Shown piece by piece: positions 13,192 to 25,609 of a stretch of DNA of 64,000 nt. Both the position numbers and the translations under genes were made by a program. How positions within the stretch are numbered: position 1 is the first letter of the stretch; every line of letters starts with the position of its first letter. The stretch comes from Vicugna vicugna. Its lineage: Eukaryota. Under the pieces are notes generated by a model. The model had not been told where the DNA came from. It saw only the letters and a program-made list of their open reading frames with translations, and did not search any database. Where the stretch lies: positions 2,371,061-2,435,060 of the forward strand of contig MU058423.1 in assembly GCA_013265495.1 (NCBI GenBank), in the 5' to 3' direction.

Positions 13192-13493
13192 GGGAATTCC
13201 CCACTTCCTGGTAGGAACTGTGGAGCCTGGGGGCGGGGGGACTTTTCCTCAGCCCAGGAATTCAGGACATTGTCCAACTTTTACCGTAACCTCTTCATCC
13301 TCAACATGCCACCCTCTACCTCCCCACAACTGAGGTTAGAGGAGAAAGTGAGAGTCTCCTGCAAACCTCCTGCACCTGCCCTCTAGAGCAGACACTTCCT
13401 TCCCACATCTCCTCAGAGTCCCTTGTTGAGTCATTTTGGGGCCACACTTAGGGAACAGGTCCCCTCTGTCCTCTCCATAAGGTGGGTGACTCA
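13192..13493. promoter_or_regulatory. Candidate enhancer: NF-kB / ETS / AP-1 motif cluster
   Basis: GGGAATTCCC 13192-13201; CACTTCCTG 13202-13210; GC box plus GGGACTTTTCC 13231-13248; CACTTCCT 13393-13400; TGAGTCA 13427-13433; TGACTCA 13487-13493. Motif evidence only. Confidence 0.35.
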
Positions 13494-14429
13494 ACGGCTG
13501 ACACCAAAACTGCTGAACACAGAGCCCCCCAGACCAAGATGGGGCCCCAGCCACAGGGGCGGGGAGTGGGGGAGGTTCTGCCTCTCCATGGTTCCAGTCA
13601 GTCACTCCAGCCCAGTCCCCGTAGATCCTGCCCCTGCCCCTGCCCCTGGCTAGAAGGGTCCTTCCCTGAGCCTGACCATGTGCAGGAGAGAGTGGCTCTG
13701 GGGGGGATGAGTGGTGCTGGGAGGTCTCGGTTAGCCAGCCTCGGGGAGCCCCACTGGGATGAGCACTGACATGTGGGTGTCTGGGTCCAGACAGCAGTCT
13801 TGTGAATCGTGAACACTTGTCTGGGCTGAGACACACACCACGCCAGCTATTTACTCACAAGTCCCCAGAGCACCTGCTATTTCCAAGCAACTCTTTCTCT
13901 TAATTCATTTCAGCCAACGGTGACTCTGCCAGGCCCAGTGCAAGGCATTGGCTGGGAGAAGCACGGAAGAATGAAGGAGACACAGCTCCTGCTTTCTGGA
14001 AGCCTGAGGTTCATCCTAACAAATCACACAGGGTGGTTTTATGACCTGCCAGGCTCTAGACAGGGGCGTGGGGACTTAGAGATAAACAAAACATCTCTCC
14101 GAGCTCAAGGAACTTATGTTCTAGCTGGGGAGACAGACATAAACCAGTAATTGCACTACATGGTGGAATTATCGGTCCTTCGCCTATCTCAGCCGGCGCC
14201 ACGAAGCTTTGTCCTTGCCTGTCAGCTGGCCAAGCGCTGCAGCAACCCCACCAGAACATGAGCACCTCGAAGGCAGGACCAGTCTTCTCTCTTTGTATCC
14301 TCACTGTCTCATGCAGCTCCTTGTATTTGCAGAGTAAGTATCACATGAACAGCTTCTAAACAGCTTACTGCATTACAAAACTGAAAATGCACGCTAAATA
14401 GAGATGCTGGTGCAGCCTCCTGGCTTTGT

Positions 14430-15180
14430 TGCGAGGAGGGGCTGATTAATTCTGAATAATGAGGATCAGATAAGGCGCTAGGAAGAAGGTATGATTACAT
14501 TTAAGCTGTACAGGATTCAGGTGGAGAAGAGGAAAAGGGACATCCCAGGCTGAGGGGACAGCAGATTCAAAGTCCCAGAGTCAAGAAAAAACAAGGCTTA
14601 TTTCAGCTAATGTAAAACAACCCAGAGAGGTTGGCACAGAGCACATGGATGGAGGAACAGGAGACGTGAGTGGCAAGGAACATGGGTCAAGAGGAGTCTT
14701 AAATCCTATGCTAAGGTGTTTGATCTTTGTTCTGTAGACACAGAGATCCCCTGAGAAATTTTGAGGATGGGATTCCTCAAATTCCTTATTTATGTTGCTT
14801 CACATAAATAAGCATCGTTTTAGGAGGATGATACTGATGGCTGAGTAAAGGGTCTATTTGCAGAATACATTGCTTAGGAGCATCCTTTCCCTGGTCTTGG
14901 CCTCTTGGGAAGGGGTAGAAGCTGGGGGGAATTGGGGAGAGTGTGCAGTAGGAGGGAAGCAGGAAAATCATTTAAGAAGCAATTGTAATGTTAGGAGACA
15001 GATGTCAACAATATGAATCAGAGCAGGGGCAGTGGGAATAGAAAGAGGCAGATTTAACGACCAATTAGATATGGAAGTGAGACTGAATTTTTGAGCCAGA
15101 CTGGCCAAAAGAACACAAGAGAAGGGGCAGATTCTGGGGACTGGGGGAAAAAAGATGAGACATACCAGTCTGGGGACATA
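14430..15180 (-). mobile_element. L2 LINE fragments
   Basis: L2-like purine-rich segments (gggacatcccaggctgaggggacagc...gctaaggtgtttgatctttgttctgtag...gcaggggcagtgggaatagaaagagg). Confidence 0.55.
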
Positions 15181-16915
15181 CCACTCTGGGTTATTAGCAG
15201 TATAATGGTTGCTTGGGCTTCCAGAGTAACACTGAGAAGAGAAAGAATCTTAGAGATTTCCTCAGTCCTGCTGCATCTTGATGGCAGGCTGTGGATGCCT
15301 TGAGCCTAGAAGACTGAAAGGAATCCATTTTGCTCCCAGCTTACCCCCAAATCCCTTTCTACTATGGAAACATTTCGCAGTCCCCTCCCAGTTTGAGCCA
15401 CTACCACCTCCCCTCTCCCCGCCCACCACCATAGCAACCCTTGTGGCCTGACAAACAGGGAGGCGTTGTCAGGAGAGGTAAGACATGTGGAGGACACAGG
15501 GAGGCCCTGCCATCACCATAGATGACTTCAGGGTCCATGGGAGTGACCTAGCCCACACCCTAGCTTCTTGGCTGCTTGGTTTCTCCATCTCTGACAGCCT
15601 TCTGTCCCACTGCCTTGGCTGCCCACTCCCATCACCATGCCCCACACTAAGTCACTACCCAGAACCTCCCCCCACTACCTCTGAAATGACTAATTCTGAC
15701 ATCCCTCTAGCCTCTCAGCTTCTTCACTCAATCACTTAGCCTACACCTGACCTTGGGCCCCTGACCCCTCCCCAAATTCTCCCTACCCAGCACCCCCCTT
15801 CTTCTTCCACTCCCTCTCTCATGCCTTAGCTTGGACAGCTCAGAATTTTATTCACTCTTGCCTTTAACATAAACCCCCACCCTTGTCACACCTCCTGGCA
15901 AAAACCCACCTGTGGATGAACAAGCTCTCCTTTTCCTCCGGAACTGAGCCTATGTGGTGGGTGGTTTCTGCCGGAGAAGAATCACCACACCGGCAAGTGG
16001 ACTGGCCCCACCCCCATGGTGGTCACCAGGCTTGACTGGGTCCTCAGCACCGCCCACTATGTTTTCCCTGGTCTACATCTCTTCAACTCCTTGTACCACC
16101 ACCTTATAAAACCTTACCCCCTGGCCTCTAACCTTCAACTTCTTTTACTTCATCTTAATTCTCAGCAAATGATATCACCTCTCCCTTCAAAGATAAAATA
16201 GGAACACTGAGGCAGGAAATCTTTCAACATGCTGCCCTCCCTCCCACCCATCTGCCTGTATCCTCCCTCTCCACTTTGCCTCCTGGTTTGATGGAAGATG
16301 TTTATCCTTCTATCTAATTTCACTACTTATGTTCTGGATTCCAGTCCTTGCCGCCATCTCACCTTGCGTGTCCCCTCTTTTCCTTCATCTTCAACTTCTC
16401 TCTCTCTATTCATGGCTTCCCATCAAAGCTTAAACAAGTTCAAGTCTCTAATGTCAAATCAAGGCAGCCCTTGATCCTCCTTCTTCCTCCAGCTACCACC
16501 TTCTCCTTCATAGGAAGACATCTCAGACCCTCTCATCTACTCCTCAACTCACTGTGATGTAGTTTTCCGCCATCACAAAGCAAAGATAAACTGCTGTCAC
16601 CAAGGCCGCTAATGACTTCTCCATCCATCCAGTGAAAGCTTTTAACCCTTGTGTGTTTAATTTTTCTGCTGTGGGTCATTTCTTTTTTCTACTGCCCTCA
16701 GCTTCTGTGACACTCCCCTGTTTTCCCTTCTCCCTTCTCCTCTACCCATACCCTAAACTGATTAGAGTTAATCAGACTCTGTCTTGAGTCTTGTCTCCTA
16801 AGCTACCTCCTACACTTCTGATGCTTTCAGTGCTGATCTATGCTGACAGCTGTCAAGCCTACACTTCTGTCTAGACCTCTCTCTTGTGCTTCAGGTCTGT
16901 GTACACAATTGCCTG

Positions 16916-17304
16916 TAGGGTTATCAGATTTAGCAAATAAAAATACAGGGTACCCAGTTACATTTGAATTGTAGATAAACAATGAAAAAAGATTGGTATG
17001 AGTATGTCCCATGTCATACGCAGGACAGATTTCTACTAAAAAATTATTTGTTGTTTATCTGAAATTCAAATTTAGGGGGGAAGGATATAGCTCAATTGGT
17101 AAAGCACATGCTTAGCACACACGAGGTCCTGGGTTCAATCCCCACTACCTCCTCCAAGAATAAATAAATAAATAAACCTAATTACCTCCCCATCAAAAAA
17201 ACAAAAAATAAAATTAAAAAAAAAAGCTGAAACAACCACCAAAAAAAAAAAGAAAAAAACACCCAAATTTAACTTGGCATTCTTATTGTATCTGGCAAAG
17301 CCTG
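16916..17304. mobile_element. MER53 palindromic hAT MITE, interrupted by a SINE
   Basis: tagggttatcagatttagcaaataaaaatacagggtacccagttacatttgaattgtagataaacaa...agtatgtccc...ttgtttatctgaaattcaaattta [SINE] acttggcattc...tatctggcaa. The inverted arms are directly visible. Confidence 0.88.
17075..17263 (+). mobile_element. tRNA-Ala-derived SINE (camelid vic-1-like) with long A-rich tail
   Basis: ggggggaaggatatagctcaattggtaaagcacatgcttagcacacacgaggtcctgggttcaatccccactacctcc-aataaataaataaataaacctaattacctcccc-poly(A). TSD caaattta at 17067-17074 and 17264-17271. Confidence 0.92.
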
Positions 17305-18519
17305 TATGACTTGACACCTTTATTTGAGGCCCCAGATGTATCTCCGCTCCATGTATCTACAAACAATCTTCCTATGGCATGGACTCGACTGGGCACTGGG
17401 TTATACAAGTGAAAAAAGCAAAATTGTCCTCAACTTCTCTGTTCTTCTTTAGCCCCTGAATCTTCCTATATACCCCTGAAATCTGCCCATTCCTCTCCAG
17501 AGATAGCCATCATCACCCTAGCCTAGGCCACCACCACCTTTTACCACCAACAGTGTCTGCCGTGGGCCCTAGGATGTGATTGCCACACAGCAGCTCAAAA
17601 TATCTTATATAAATGCACATTCCATCATGGCTTTCACTGATTTAAATTCCAAAGCCTGAAATCCTTACCACAGCCTGGGCCCAACTCTCCCTCCTCTTTA
17701 TGGGCCACTTTCTCAATACTCTACAGCTACTCTGGGCTGCTTTCAGGTCCTCTGAAGTGCTGAGCCCACCTTGCCTTGGGCCTCCCCACATGCTGTTGCC
17801 TCTGCCTGGAACCATAGCCTCTCCCTCTTCTCCTCTTTGTTCTTAATAACCCTTTAGGTCTCAGCCCTTGTCCTTCTCTCCCTGTCAATCCCATGCTTCT
17901 CTTTTGGGGCACTCATCACTGTCTAATCGCCTGCTCGATGCCCTGTTCTCTGTTAGGTTGTGAGCTCCTTAGAGCAGGACCTTGTCTGTCTTCTCCATTA
18001 GATCCTGAGCCCCTTACACAGTCCCTGGCCCAGAGGAGGAGCTCAATTAATATTTCAGGGATGAATGAGAAAGTAATCTTTCTCCCATTCAGTTTGGGAG
18101 ATTGCCTCTTATTTTCCTGTGAGCTCACAGTGCAGACCACTCTACAGAACTGACGGTTTCCAGATGAATTTAGAATGAACCCTCCACCATGTTCCCCAGT
18201 GGAGGGGTTCTCAGTCTTCCAGGTCTAACATCAGTGACTCAGACCCTGTCAGGGTTGTTTCGATCCTATGGGCAGGGGAAAGCAGAAGGCAGAGGGACCA
18301 GAGGTAAGAGGGAGGGCAGGCAGCCTCCTGCAGGATGATGGTGGGTCTGGTGCTGGTGACCTGAGGCCAAGACCCAGCCCCCGGGGCAGCCTTATCTCCA
18401 GATTTGGCTCCTGAACTCGGCCTCCAGCATGGCTCTCCGAAGTCCCATGGAAGCCCCCCAACAGTGGATGTGTTGAGCCTGGGGATTGTGGAGGGTTTCC
18501 AAGTGCCCTTATCCAGCAG

Positions 18520-18900
18520 ACTCTTACAAATAAGGACCTAGAATTGAAGGGGTGATCAGAGCTGTAGGGTCACCAACAAATAAGCTGACCATCCAAGATG
18601 CACAAGTGGAAAGAGACCCCCAGGGAGACCAGGGGGATGACCCAGGAGAAGAGACCAATGGCAGAATTGGGGGACACCTGGCTTAAGGGATTCAGGAAGA
18701 AGAGTAAACTGTGTAAGAAGTGGAGAAAGAGGAACTAGAGCCGCAGAGGGAGAACCATGAAGGTGCAAAGGCCGGAAGTCCAGGGGATAAGGTTTAAAGG
18801 AGCAAGGATTGAGCAACTGTCAGCTGCCCTGAGAGGGTGAACTCTGAAAAGTGGAAGCTGGGGTTGGAAAATAAGACGTCAGTGGTGACCTTTGCTGAGA
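18520..18900 (-). mobile_element. L2 LINE internal fragment
   Basis: L2-like sequence (ggtttaaaggagcaagg...aactgtcagctgccctgagagggtgaac...gtcagtggtgacctttg). Confidence 0.5.
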
Positions 18901-20778
18901 AAAATTTTCTCTCTGGGCCCAGGCCCTTCTACCTTCACTCTCATGGCTCCTCCATGGGCAAGGAGAATGCTATCCCTTCCCGGCCCATTTTCATAACTGT
19001 TCATGACTTGGGGACTGATCAGGATAAAGGAGAAAGTCAACCCTGGTTGAACAAGGTCATGGCTGTGTGTCCAATCTCCAGAGTCTGGGACTCTGCACTG
19101 AGGAAGGTGGGGGTAAGGTACCCACTGTCTAGGCTGACGGTCTGACAGTGTGACGACGGTGTGCTGCTCAGCTCTGCCCCTTCTCAGGCCGGGGGCTTCC
19201 TGGCTGATCCCCTTTTATCTCTGTACCCTTCCTCACCACCACCCACTCTTTTGCCTGGCCACGTGCTCCTTCTCAGACCCCAGAATCTGCCTGCAGAAAG
19301 GGCCACAGTCTCCCCAGTTTTCACTTCATTCTACCTGCCCCCCAAACATACTTCTTTACTTATATCCACTTCAAAGAAACAAACAGCAAAACAAGCGACC
19401 AGTCCACCCTGGCTTGGGAGTTAGGTCTGACAACTCTCCAAAGCTCTTACAGCTGTGAGTGGTTCCTGGTCTCTGCCCCAGATCCCTCCAGGAGCCTCCA
19501 AGGGTCTTGACCCCATGGCTTTGTTCCTAAGGGTAAAGCCTCCTCCTTCTCTCCACCCTGATTCAGATAGGCAGATGCCCCTTCCCGTGCCCGCCTCATC
19601 TGCAGTGGGTACTGTATTCCTAGGAGCCCTTGTGTCCAAGGACCTCTATTCCATACCACTTCAGACTCATTCTAGATTGTCCCAATGGGAGGCATCCTCT
19701 CCCAGAAGGACATAGGACAGATTAATTTTTCATAATAATATTCTATAAATAACACTTCATCATAATACTCCCACACTCAAAAGCCTTCAGTGGCTCCCTG
19801 TGGCCTGGGAGCTGACAGGAAATCCTTCACTGGTGCCCAGTGAGCCACGCAGACTCCAGGGGGAGAAAGTGCATTCCTTTGGGAGGAGAGAGGTAAGAGG
19901 AAGTCGGCTGGTTTCTCTCCACAGAGGCCCCGCTGAACCTGGGCATGGCCGCCTCCCCAACACGGCCCCTCCATGGGCTTCTGGCACATGAGGAATGGGA
20001 GTTTGGGCAAGGAGGAGAGAAGGTGGGCTGGAGAAAACAAGGAGCTCAGAAGACCTTTGCCTTGGACTCCTATGTGGCCAATTCCAGATTTGTACGGAAT
20101 TAGGTACAAACTCAGCAGCTGAGCTTCCAAGGCCCTTCTGAGTATTTAGCCCCAAACCTGTGGCCCAGAGGTCAGGAGGCTTGAGCGCCAATTCCTCCGC
20201 CAGTAACTCCCACAGACCGGGAGCAAGTACTCTTTCCTCTAGCCTTAGACTCTGTAAGTGAAAATGAGGGAACCATTCCTGCTGTGCCGTCCTACGACTC
20301 CATGACTCTGCCTTTCCTCCCACTCCTCCATACACAAGTGTCCTGCCCCAGCCCGATCCATTTTCTTAGGCCTCTGAACACCCTAGGCCAGAAAGGGCCA
20401 ATGTACTTATTCCCACTTTAACCAACTGCATGGAGAATGAGCCCGCATTCCGAGCTGGTGGAAACAGTGCTACAATTAACCACGTCTTCCATGGACAAGC
20501 GATAGCAGAGAGTGGTGTCCTGTGTGCCATCTATTTGCCAGACTTGATCTACACTCTTCTACCCTTTGACTCGAGCAATTCCCTCTTCCTGGAATTCCCT
20601 CCTTTCTCCTCTACTTGTCCAAATTCTTTCCAGACCCAGAGTCTTCAAGAAACTGGGGGAATCTTCCAGCCCTGAGAACCCTTTTTCTCCTCTGAACTTT
20701 TTACAGGTGAGTGATTTGTGTGTGTGTGTGGGGGGGGGGACATTTGGTTTGATTCTAGAGATAGCCCATAGAGTTGCT

Positions 20779-20814
20779 ATTAATTAATTAATTAATTAAT
20801 TAATTAATTAATTA
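20779..20814. repeat. (ATTA)9 perfect self-complementary microsatellite
   Basis: Seen directly, 36 bp. Confidence 0.95.
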
Positions 20815-21622
20815 TTTTAAAAAACCAAACTGAGAAAATGTGATGACTCTTCTGCTCATTTGACATTGAGCCCAGGCTGCCTTGAAAGGTTAAGTTCATT
20901 CTGGTGGGTTGATATGTTCTCACCCTAACGAGACTGTGAGCTCCTGGGCAGCAAGGCCTAGCTTGTTCCATTTTCCTCCTGCTGATGTAGCCCAGAGCCT
21001 GGTATGGAGCAGGTGCTCAGGAGAGATTAATGAGTGAGAAACTTGCTTATACATAAGACAGACCCGGCCGTCAGTCTGACAGTTGGGTGCCTGACAGTTG
21101 GGCACCTGAGCTGAATACAGAGTGGTGGCAGATGCAGTGGCCTGAGTCAGACGTGAGACCTGGGGACTGTTTCCCTAGAAGTCGGTTTCAAAATAGGGGA
21201 GGGACTTGTTGGGTGAGAGGAGGTGGGGAAGTTCCAGCTGTGGGGAAAGTGTGAAGGTTCAGAAGTGGGAACCAAAGAATATGCTCTGGGAAAGCTCACT
21301 GCACAGAACAATGCTAATCCATTCCCTTCCTCGTACATGAGGCCATTTGCACTCTGCCAAGTTGCTCTGTGTTTTTTTCTGCCTGTGTGCCATCTTTCCC
21401 CAAAGCATGTGTGCTGGCTGCCCCCACGCTGATAATCAGTCCATCAATCAGTAAATTTGAGATGTTGGTGGTGCCCTGGGGTTAGTGGCCAGCAGTGTGG
21501 GTGCCCAGAGAGCTGTAAATTCAGGATTGAAGCTGGGATGTTGCCAGGGCCTCATAGAGTTGTGATTTACAGGAAGTTATTCTCTAGTCTCCACTGCTGG
21601 CCCTGTTATATAGGGATGCTGC

Positions 21623-21624
<2 letters not shown>

Positions 21625-21658
<34 letters not shown>
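21625..21658. repeat. (GT)17 microsatellite
   Basis: Seen directly. Confidence 0.95.
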
Positions 21659-21660
<2 letters not shown>

Positions 21661-24447
21661 GGGGGATGGTAGAAGGAAAGAAAGGAAATAAAAGACCAGA
21701 TGCTTGATGTTTAGGAGCAGTGGGGAGGACCCTCCCCCCTCTGCCTCCTATTGTATTTGGTCACCCATGGTTTGCTATTTAATCATTCTAACCATGATCT
21801 GATTTGTGTGTGTGTGTTTGCTCTCCCCAATGATTTCACAGGCCCCTCGAAGGCAGACACTGGCTTCTATGTCTGGTGTCTGCCTCCCCACTCCACCCAG
21901 CCTCCTAGCACCCCGCTGGGCTCATGGGAAAGCTAGATACACACCAGTTACTGGGCAGATTGACTAGCTGGGTGGAGAGCATCAGGGGTTCATTAATCCT
22001 AGAAGGAAGATCTTCCAGAAAAGTCCCATTGCCTGTTCCCCAAGGGCCCACAAACCTCTCCCTCACATCATCTACCAGCCCAGTGTCTCCTGTGCCTGAT
22101 CCTGCCTCTGCAGGCTCCACCTGGCTTGTCCCCTTTGGCCTCCCTGGGGAGATGTCGCTGGCTTTCAGTTCTGAGTATTCAAACTGATTCTGTGAGCAGG
22201 CCCTGCTCCAAGGCCAATCTGAATGAATTTGTCCACCTCCCTATTTTACAAGTCTCATTCCTACAACCATCTCCCCGCCTTCCCGCGAGACTCATTGCTC
22301 TGCTCCCTCTGAGGGAAAAAGCCTGATGTCCTGATTCTGTTTCTCCTCCAGGCCCACACACAACCCCTTTCTCATCGAGCAAGGATTTGCTGGACCCTGA
22401 CTCTGGGCATGAGTGGCACAGGGACCTGGGCAGCGGGCAGGAAAGCAAGGAGGGCCCCTGCCCTCCTGCAGCTCCAAGTCCAAAGAGGTGACCAGAACAC
22501 CGGGCTCATTGTGGAAACCCTGTGAGGCAGCGCTTGCTTGGTAAGCGCTACATGTGTACAGAGAGTGCTTGTCCCAGCCCAACCTGGGTGCTCCTGGGCA
22601 GGCAGGGGTCTGAGAGGGACCTGTACAAAAAAATAGGAAAGGGATTCTTCCAAGAGCTTGGAGAGCCAACTGGTTCAGCTACTCCCCAGCTGTGTGACTT
22701 TGAGCAAGTCACCTAACCTCTCTGGATTCAAGTTCTTTATCCACACAATAAGGCTCCCTGATACTCCAGGATTCCGACAGTGCATGGCCCAGAGCTGCAG
22801 CCAAGTTGCTAGACAAAGAGAAGGGCTTTGAGAACTTGCTGGATGGAGGTGGAGGCCCAGACCAGTAGAGATGGGTGTGGGGCCTGTGACCCTAAACACG
22901 ACTTCCCCTGACCACTAGGTACGGGGGGTGGGTCACACCTGAGAGGCCGTAGAGGCCACAGGTGCATCCTCTTCTGGGGACCAGGTGCCTCTGGCCTGGG
23001 CCTCACCGCTCCCCTGTCCCCCCAACCCCAGTTCCAAGGCTGCAGTGGGCAAGGAACCTAGCTGGTTGTGGGATAGGGGGTTGCAGGAGCCTCACCAGCA
23101 CCAACCAGGAAAAGATGAGCTGATCCCCCCCTCCACCAAGAGTGAGGTGGTTTGTTTGCAAACAGCAGTGTTTGCGCTGGCCACTGTTCTCTGGCCTCCC
23201 GGGCCAACAGAGGCTGTCTGTGTGCCTGCCCTGCCCCCTTCCTAGGCTCCGTCTCTGGCCTCCACCGGGGCTCGCTGCATGAACAAATACCCTGGCTCTT
23301 TGCAGCGGCTCCCCACAGATGGAATCTGAGCAGGCTCTGCTTCAGACCAATGGAGTGGTCAGTGGCAGTTTGGGAAGGAGTGCAGAAAGGGGACACCCAG
23401 CTTTGAGGGTAGCCAGCAGCATGTTAGGCGGGGAAGGTGTTTGTCTTGTCGCATCCCAAATCTCAGAGACAGCCCCCATCATCATCCATCAGTGCTGGGA
23501 ATTTAGGGCTCTGAATTGGCCTTCTGAGATCCTGAAGCCCTGAGTCCAGGAGATCCAATCTGCCTGAAATTTTGGCAAAGTTGGGACAGGCTCTGGACGA
23601 AGTACCCTGCGTGAGATCAGACAGCCCCGATCTAGCTGTTCCATCCTTTGGGATAAGCACCTTCTAGGGCTCATCAAGCAGGCGTCTACCTTTGGGAGGG
23701 GTGCCACAACAGCCCCAATAACTGAACAGAAATATGTTTTCTCCTTTGATGGGAGGAACAGGTCTAAGGTGCTGGGTAGGGTCTAGGGGCCTGGCCAGAG
23801 GGGAGACACTCAGGGCAAGTGGGAAAGGAGACTCAGCAGTGGGGCCAGCAGAGACATCTGGTCTCCCCCTTGCTGAAAGTGAGCCCTGAAAGATGGGTGC
23901 CTTGCTTTGGAGCAGAGACTTGGCTGTGAGATGGGGAGAGAATAGGTCTCAGGATATCAAAGGGGATGGAGCCCCAGAAACACCTCCTGAGGAGAGAGAT
24001 GCCCTTTCCTTGCCTACATGCCCCATCCTTGTCTGCTCTCTGTCCCATAGGACAGGGAAGTCAGAAAAATTCCGAAGACGTGTCAGCACAACCCCTCCTC
24101 CTTCCCATTCCCAAGGCTTAGGCCATCCCTGCAGGCTTACACCCATTCAGGGCTGGCTGGGAGGCTCCAGAGAGGGCACGGACTCTGGCAAGAAAGCCAG
24201 ATTGACCCAGAACTGCTCCTCAGCAGACCCGCAGGCCCAGATAGGAAGGGGGTTTGAGAGGGTCTGAGGTATGGGTGCTAGAGATATCAAAGACCTTGGG
24301 CCTTTAGAGCTTTGAAGTCATGCAGCTGAGGGGACAATCAAGGACCCCAGCTGTGTGGCCTCTCTTGACCTCTCTGAGCTTCAGTTTTGTTCAAGTGAGG
24401 ATGATCCCTACTCCACAGATAGAAGAACTAAAGCAGGTAATATATAC

Positions 24448-24484
24448 GTGTGTGTGTGTGGTGTGTGTGTGTGTGTGTGTGTGT
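24448..24484. repeat. Interrupted (GT)n microsatellite
   Basis: Seen directly. Confidence 0.9.
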
Positions 24485-25609
24485 AAGCCCCTGGCATGGG
24501 GTAAGCGCTTACTCATGTCTAAAGCCTCCCTGGTGACTTGGGCAGGCGGCAGAATTTTATATCCAACTTCTTAGCACAACTTCAGCAAGGAACCCAGAAT
24601 CCTTCCAGGAATCCCTAGCCTGGGGTCCTTGCAAAGCTGGATCTTAACAGCCCCATGCTGAACCTTTTGCACAGGGCCAGGTCCTAGATGGGCAGAGCTC
24701 TGCTCTGATATGTAGGAGAAGCCCCTCTGGGTCTTTCTTGAATTCACCCTTGAAAGGGGGTCCAGGGTGTGTGAGTGGTGGTGTGCAGACCCCTAGACTC
24801 ACACTGGGCTGGTCGATTTCCACTCTTCCAATCCCTCCTCCCTAGACACGTGTGCACGCTCACATACACACGCATGCACACACGCACTGCTCCCATATCT
24901 GAGTGAGATCAAGGTCAGCCATCTGAGTCCACAAATTTTGCCTGTAAACTGAATCTGGTGATCCAGAAGGGCAGAGAAATCATAAGGGTAGAAAAGCTCC
25001 CCTCCAGTGTGGGCTATGATGGTGGGAGGGATGTTTCAGAGCTGACTGTGTTTACAAGAATCCCAGATTTTTATTGCAACAGCTGCTGAGTCCCCGTGTA
25101 CTCTCTCCCACCTGTCGCCTCCCTGACTCATGGCCCACTTGTCAGCCCAAGGCCTCTGAGGAAGTTCCCAAACATCCTAGTTTGGTCCACCCCCTCTATA
25201 CACACACTACTTAATTTCAGATCTCCAAATAAAGAGTTTAAAGTGTGTCCAAAAGAAGTCTCCAGCATCTAAAAAATACTAGGCCTTTGGAGCTCTGTAG
25301 CTTTGAGGTGGCTTGATGTAGAGGGAAGAGGGAGAGAAGTGCAAGGCCAGCAAGGTCAGGGGAGGCAAGGGAACTGGTGTCCTGGGGACAGGATGTGCAC
25401 ATCCGCCAAAACTGAATGGTCAGACTAGCCTGGGGCATCCAGGATCTGCCACTTACTTACTGAGTGACCTTGGTCAGTTAGGTACCCTCTTGGGCTGAAG
25501 AGACTAATTCCTACTTCATGGGGTGGTGAGGACTGATTTGGACCAGAGTGCAAAGTGGATGACCCAGGACTTGGCCTGGAGTAGGTGGTCAGTAGCTATA
25601 ATAACAGGC

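Larger units (their letters stand above)
15500..18068 (+). mobile_element. Long degenerate L2 LINE (ORF2 endonuclease and RT remnants through the 3' tail), with nested MER53 and SINE
   Basis: Peptides PAITIDDFRVHGSDLAHTLAS (APE GDFN-H motif region) and FIFNFSLSIHGFPSKLKQVQVS (pre-RT); aaactgctgtcaccaaggccgctaatgac resembles the ETAL-KVTND region; the L2 tail gctcaattaatatttcagggatgaatga ends near 18068. Confidence 0.8.

Noticed and set aside
17075..17152. tRNA-Ala-like sequences here and at 9266-9336, 9588-9662 and 46480-46557
   Set aside because: They are SINE heads with tails, mostly with TSDs, and with mismatched stems; they are not tRNA genes.
21076..21102. Short direct repeats (ctgacagttggg x2; also 27454-27485 and 53778-53821)
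   Set aside because: Two-copy 12-14 bp micro-duplications are typical of replication slippage and show no array structure.
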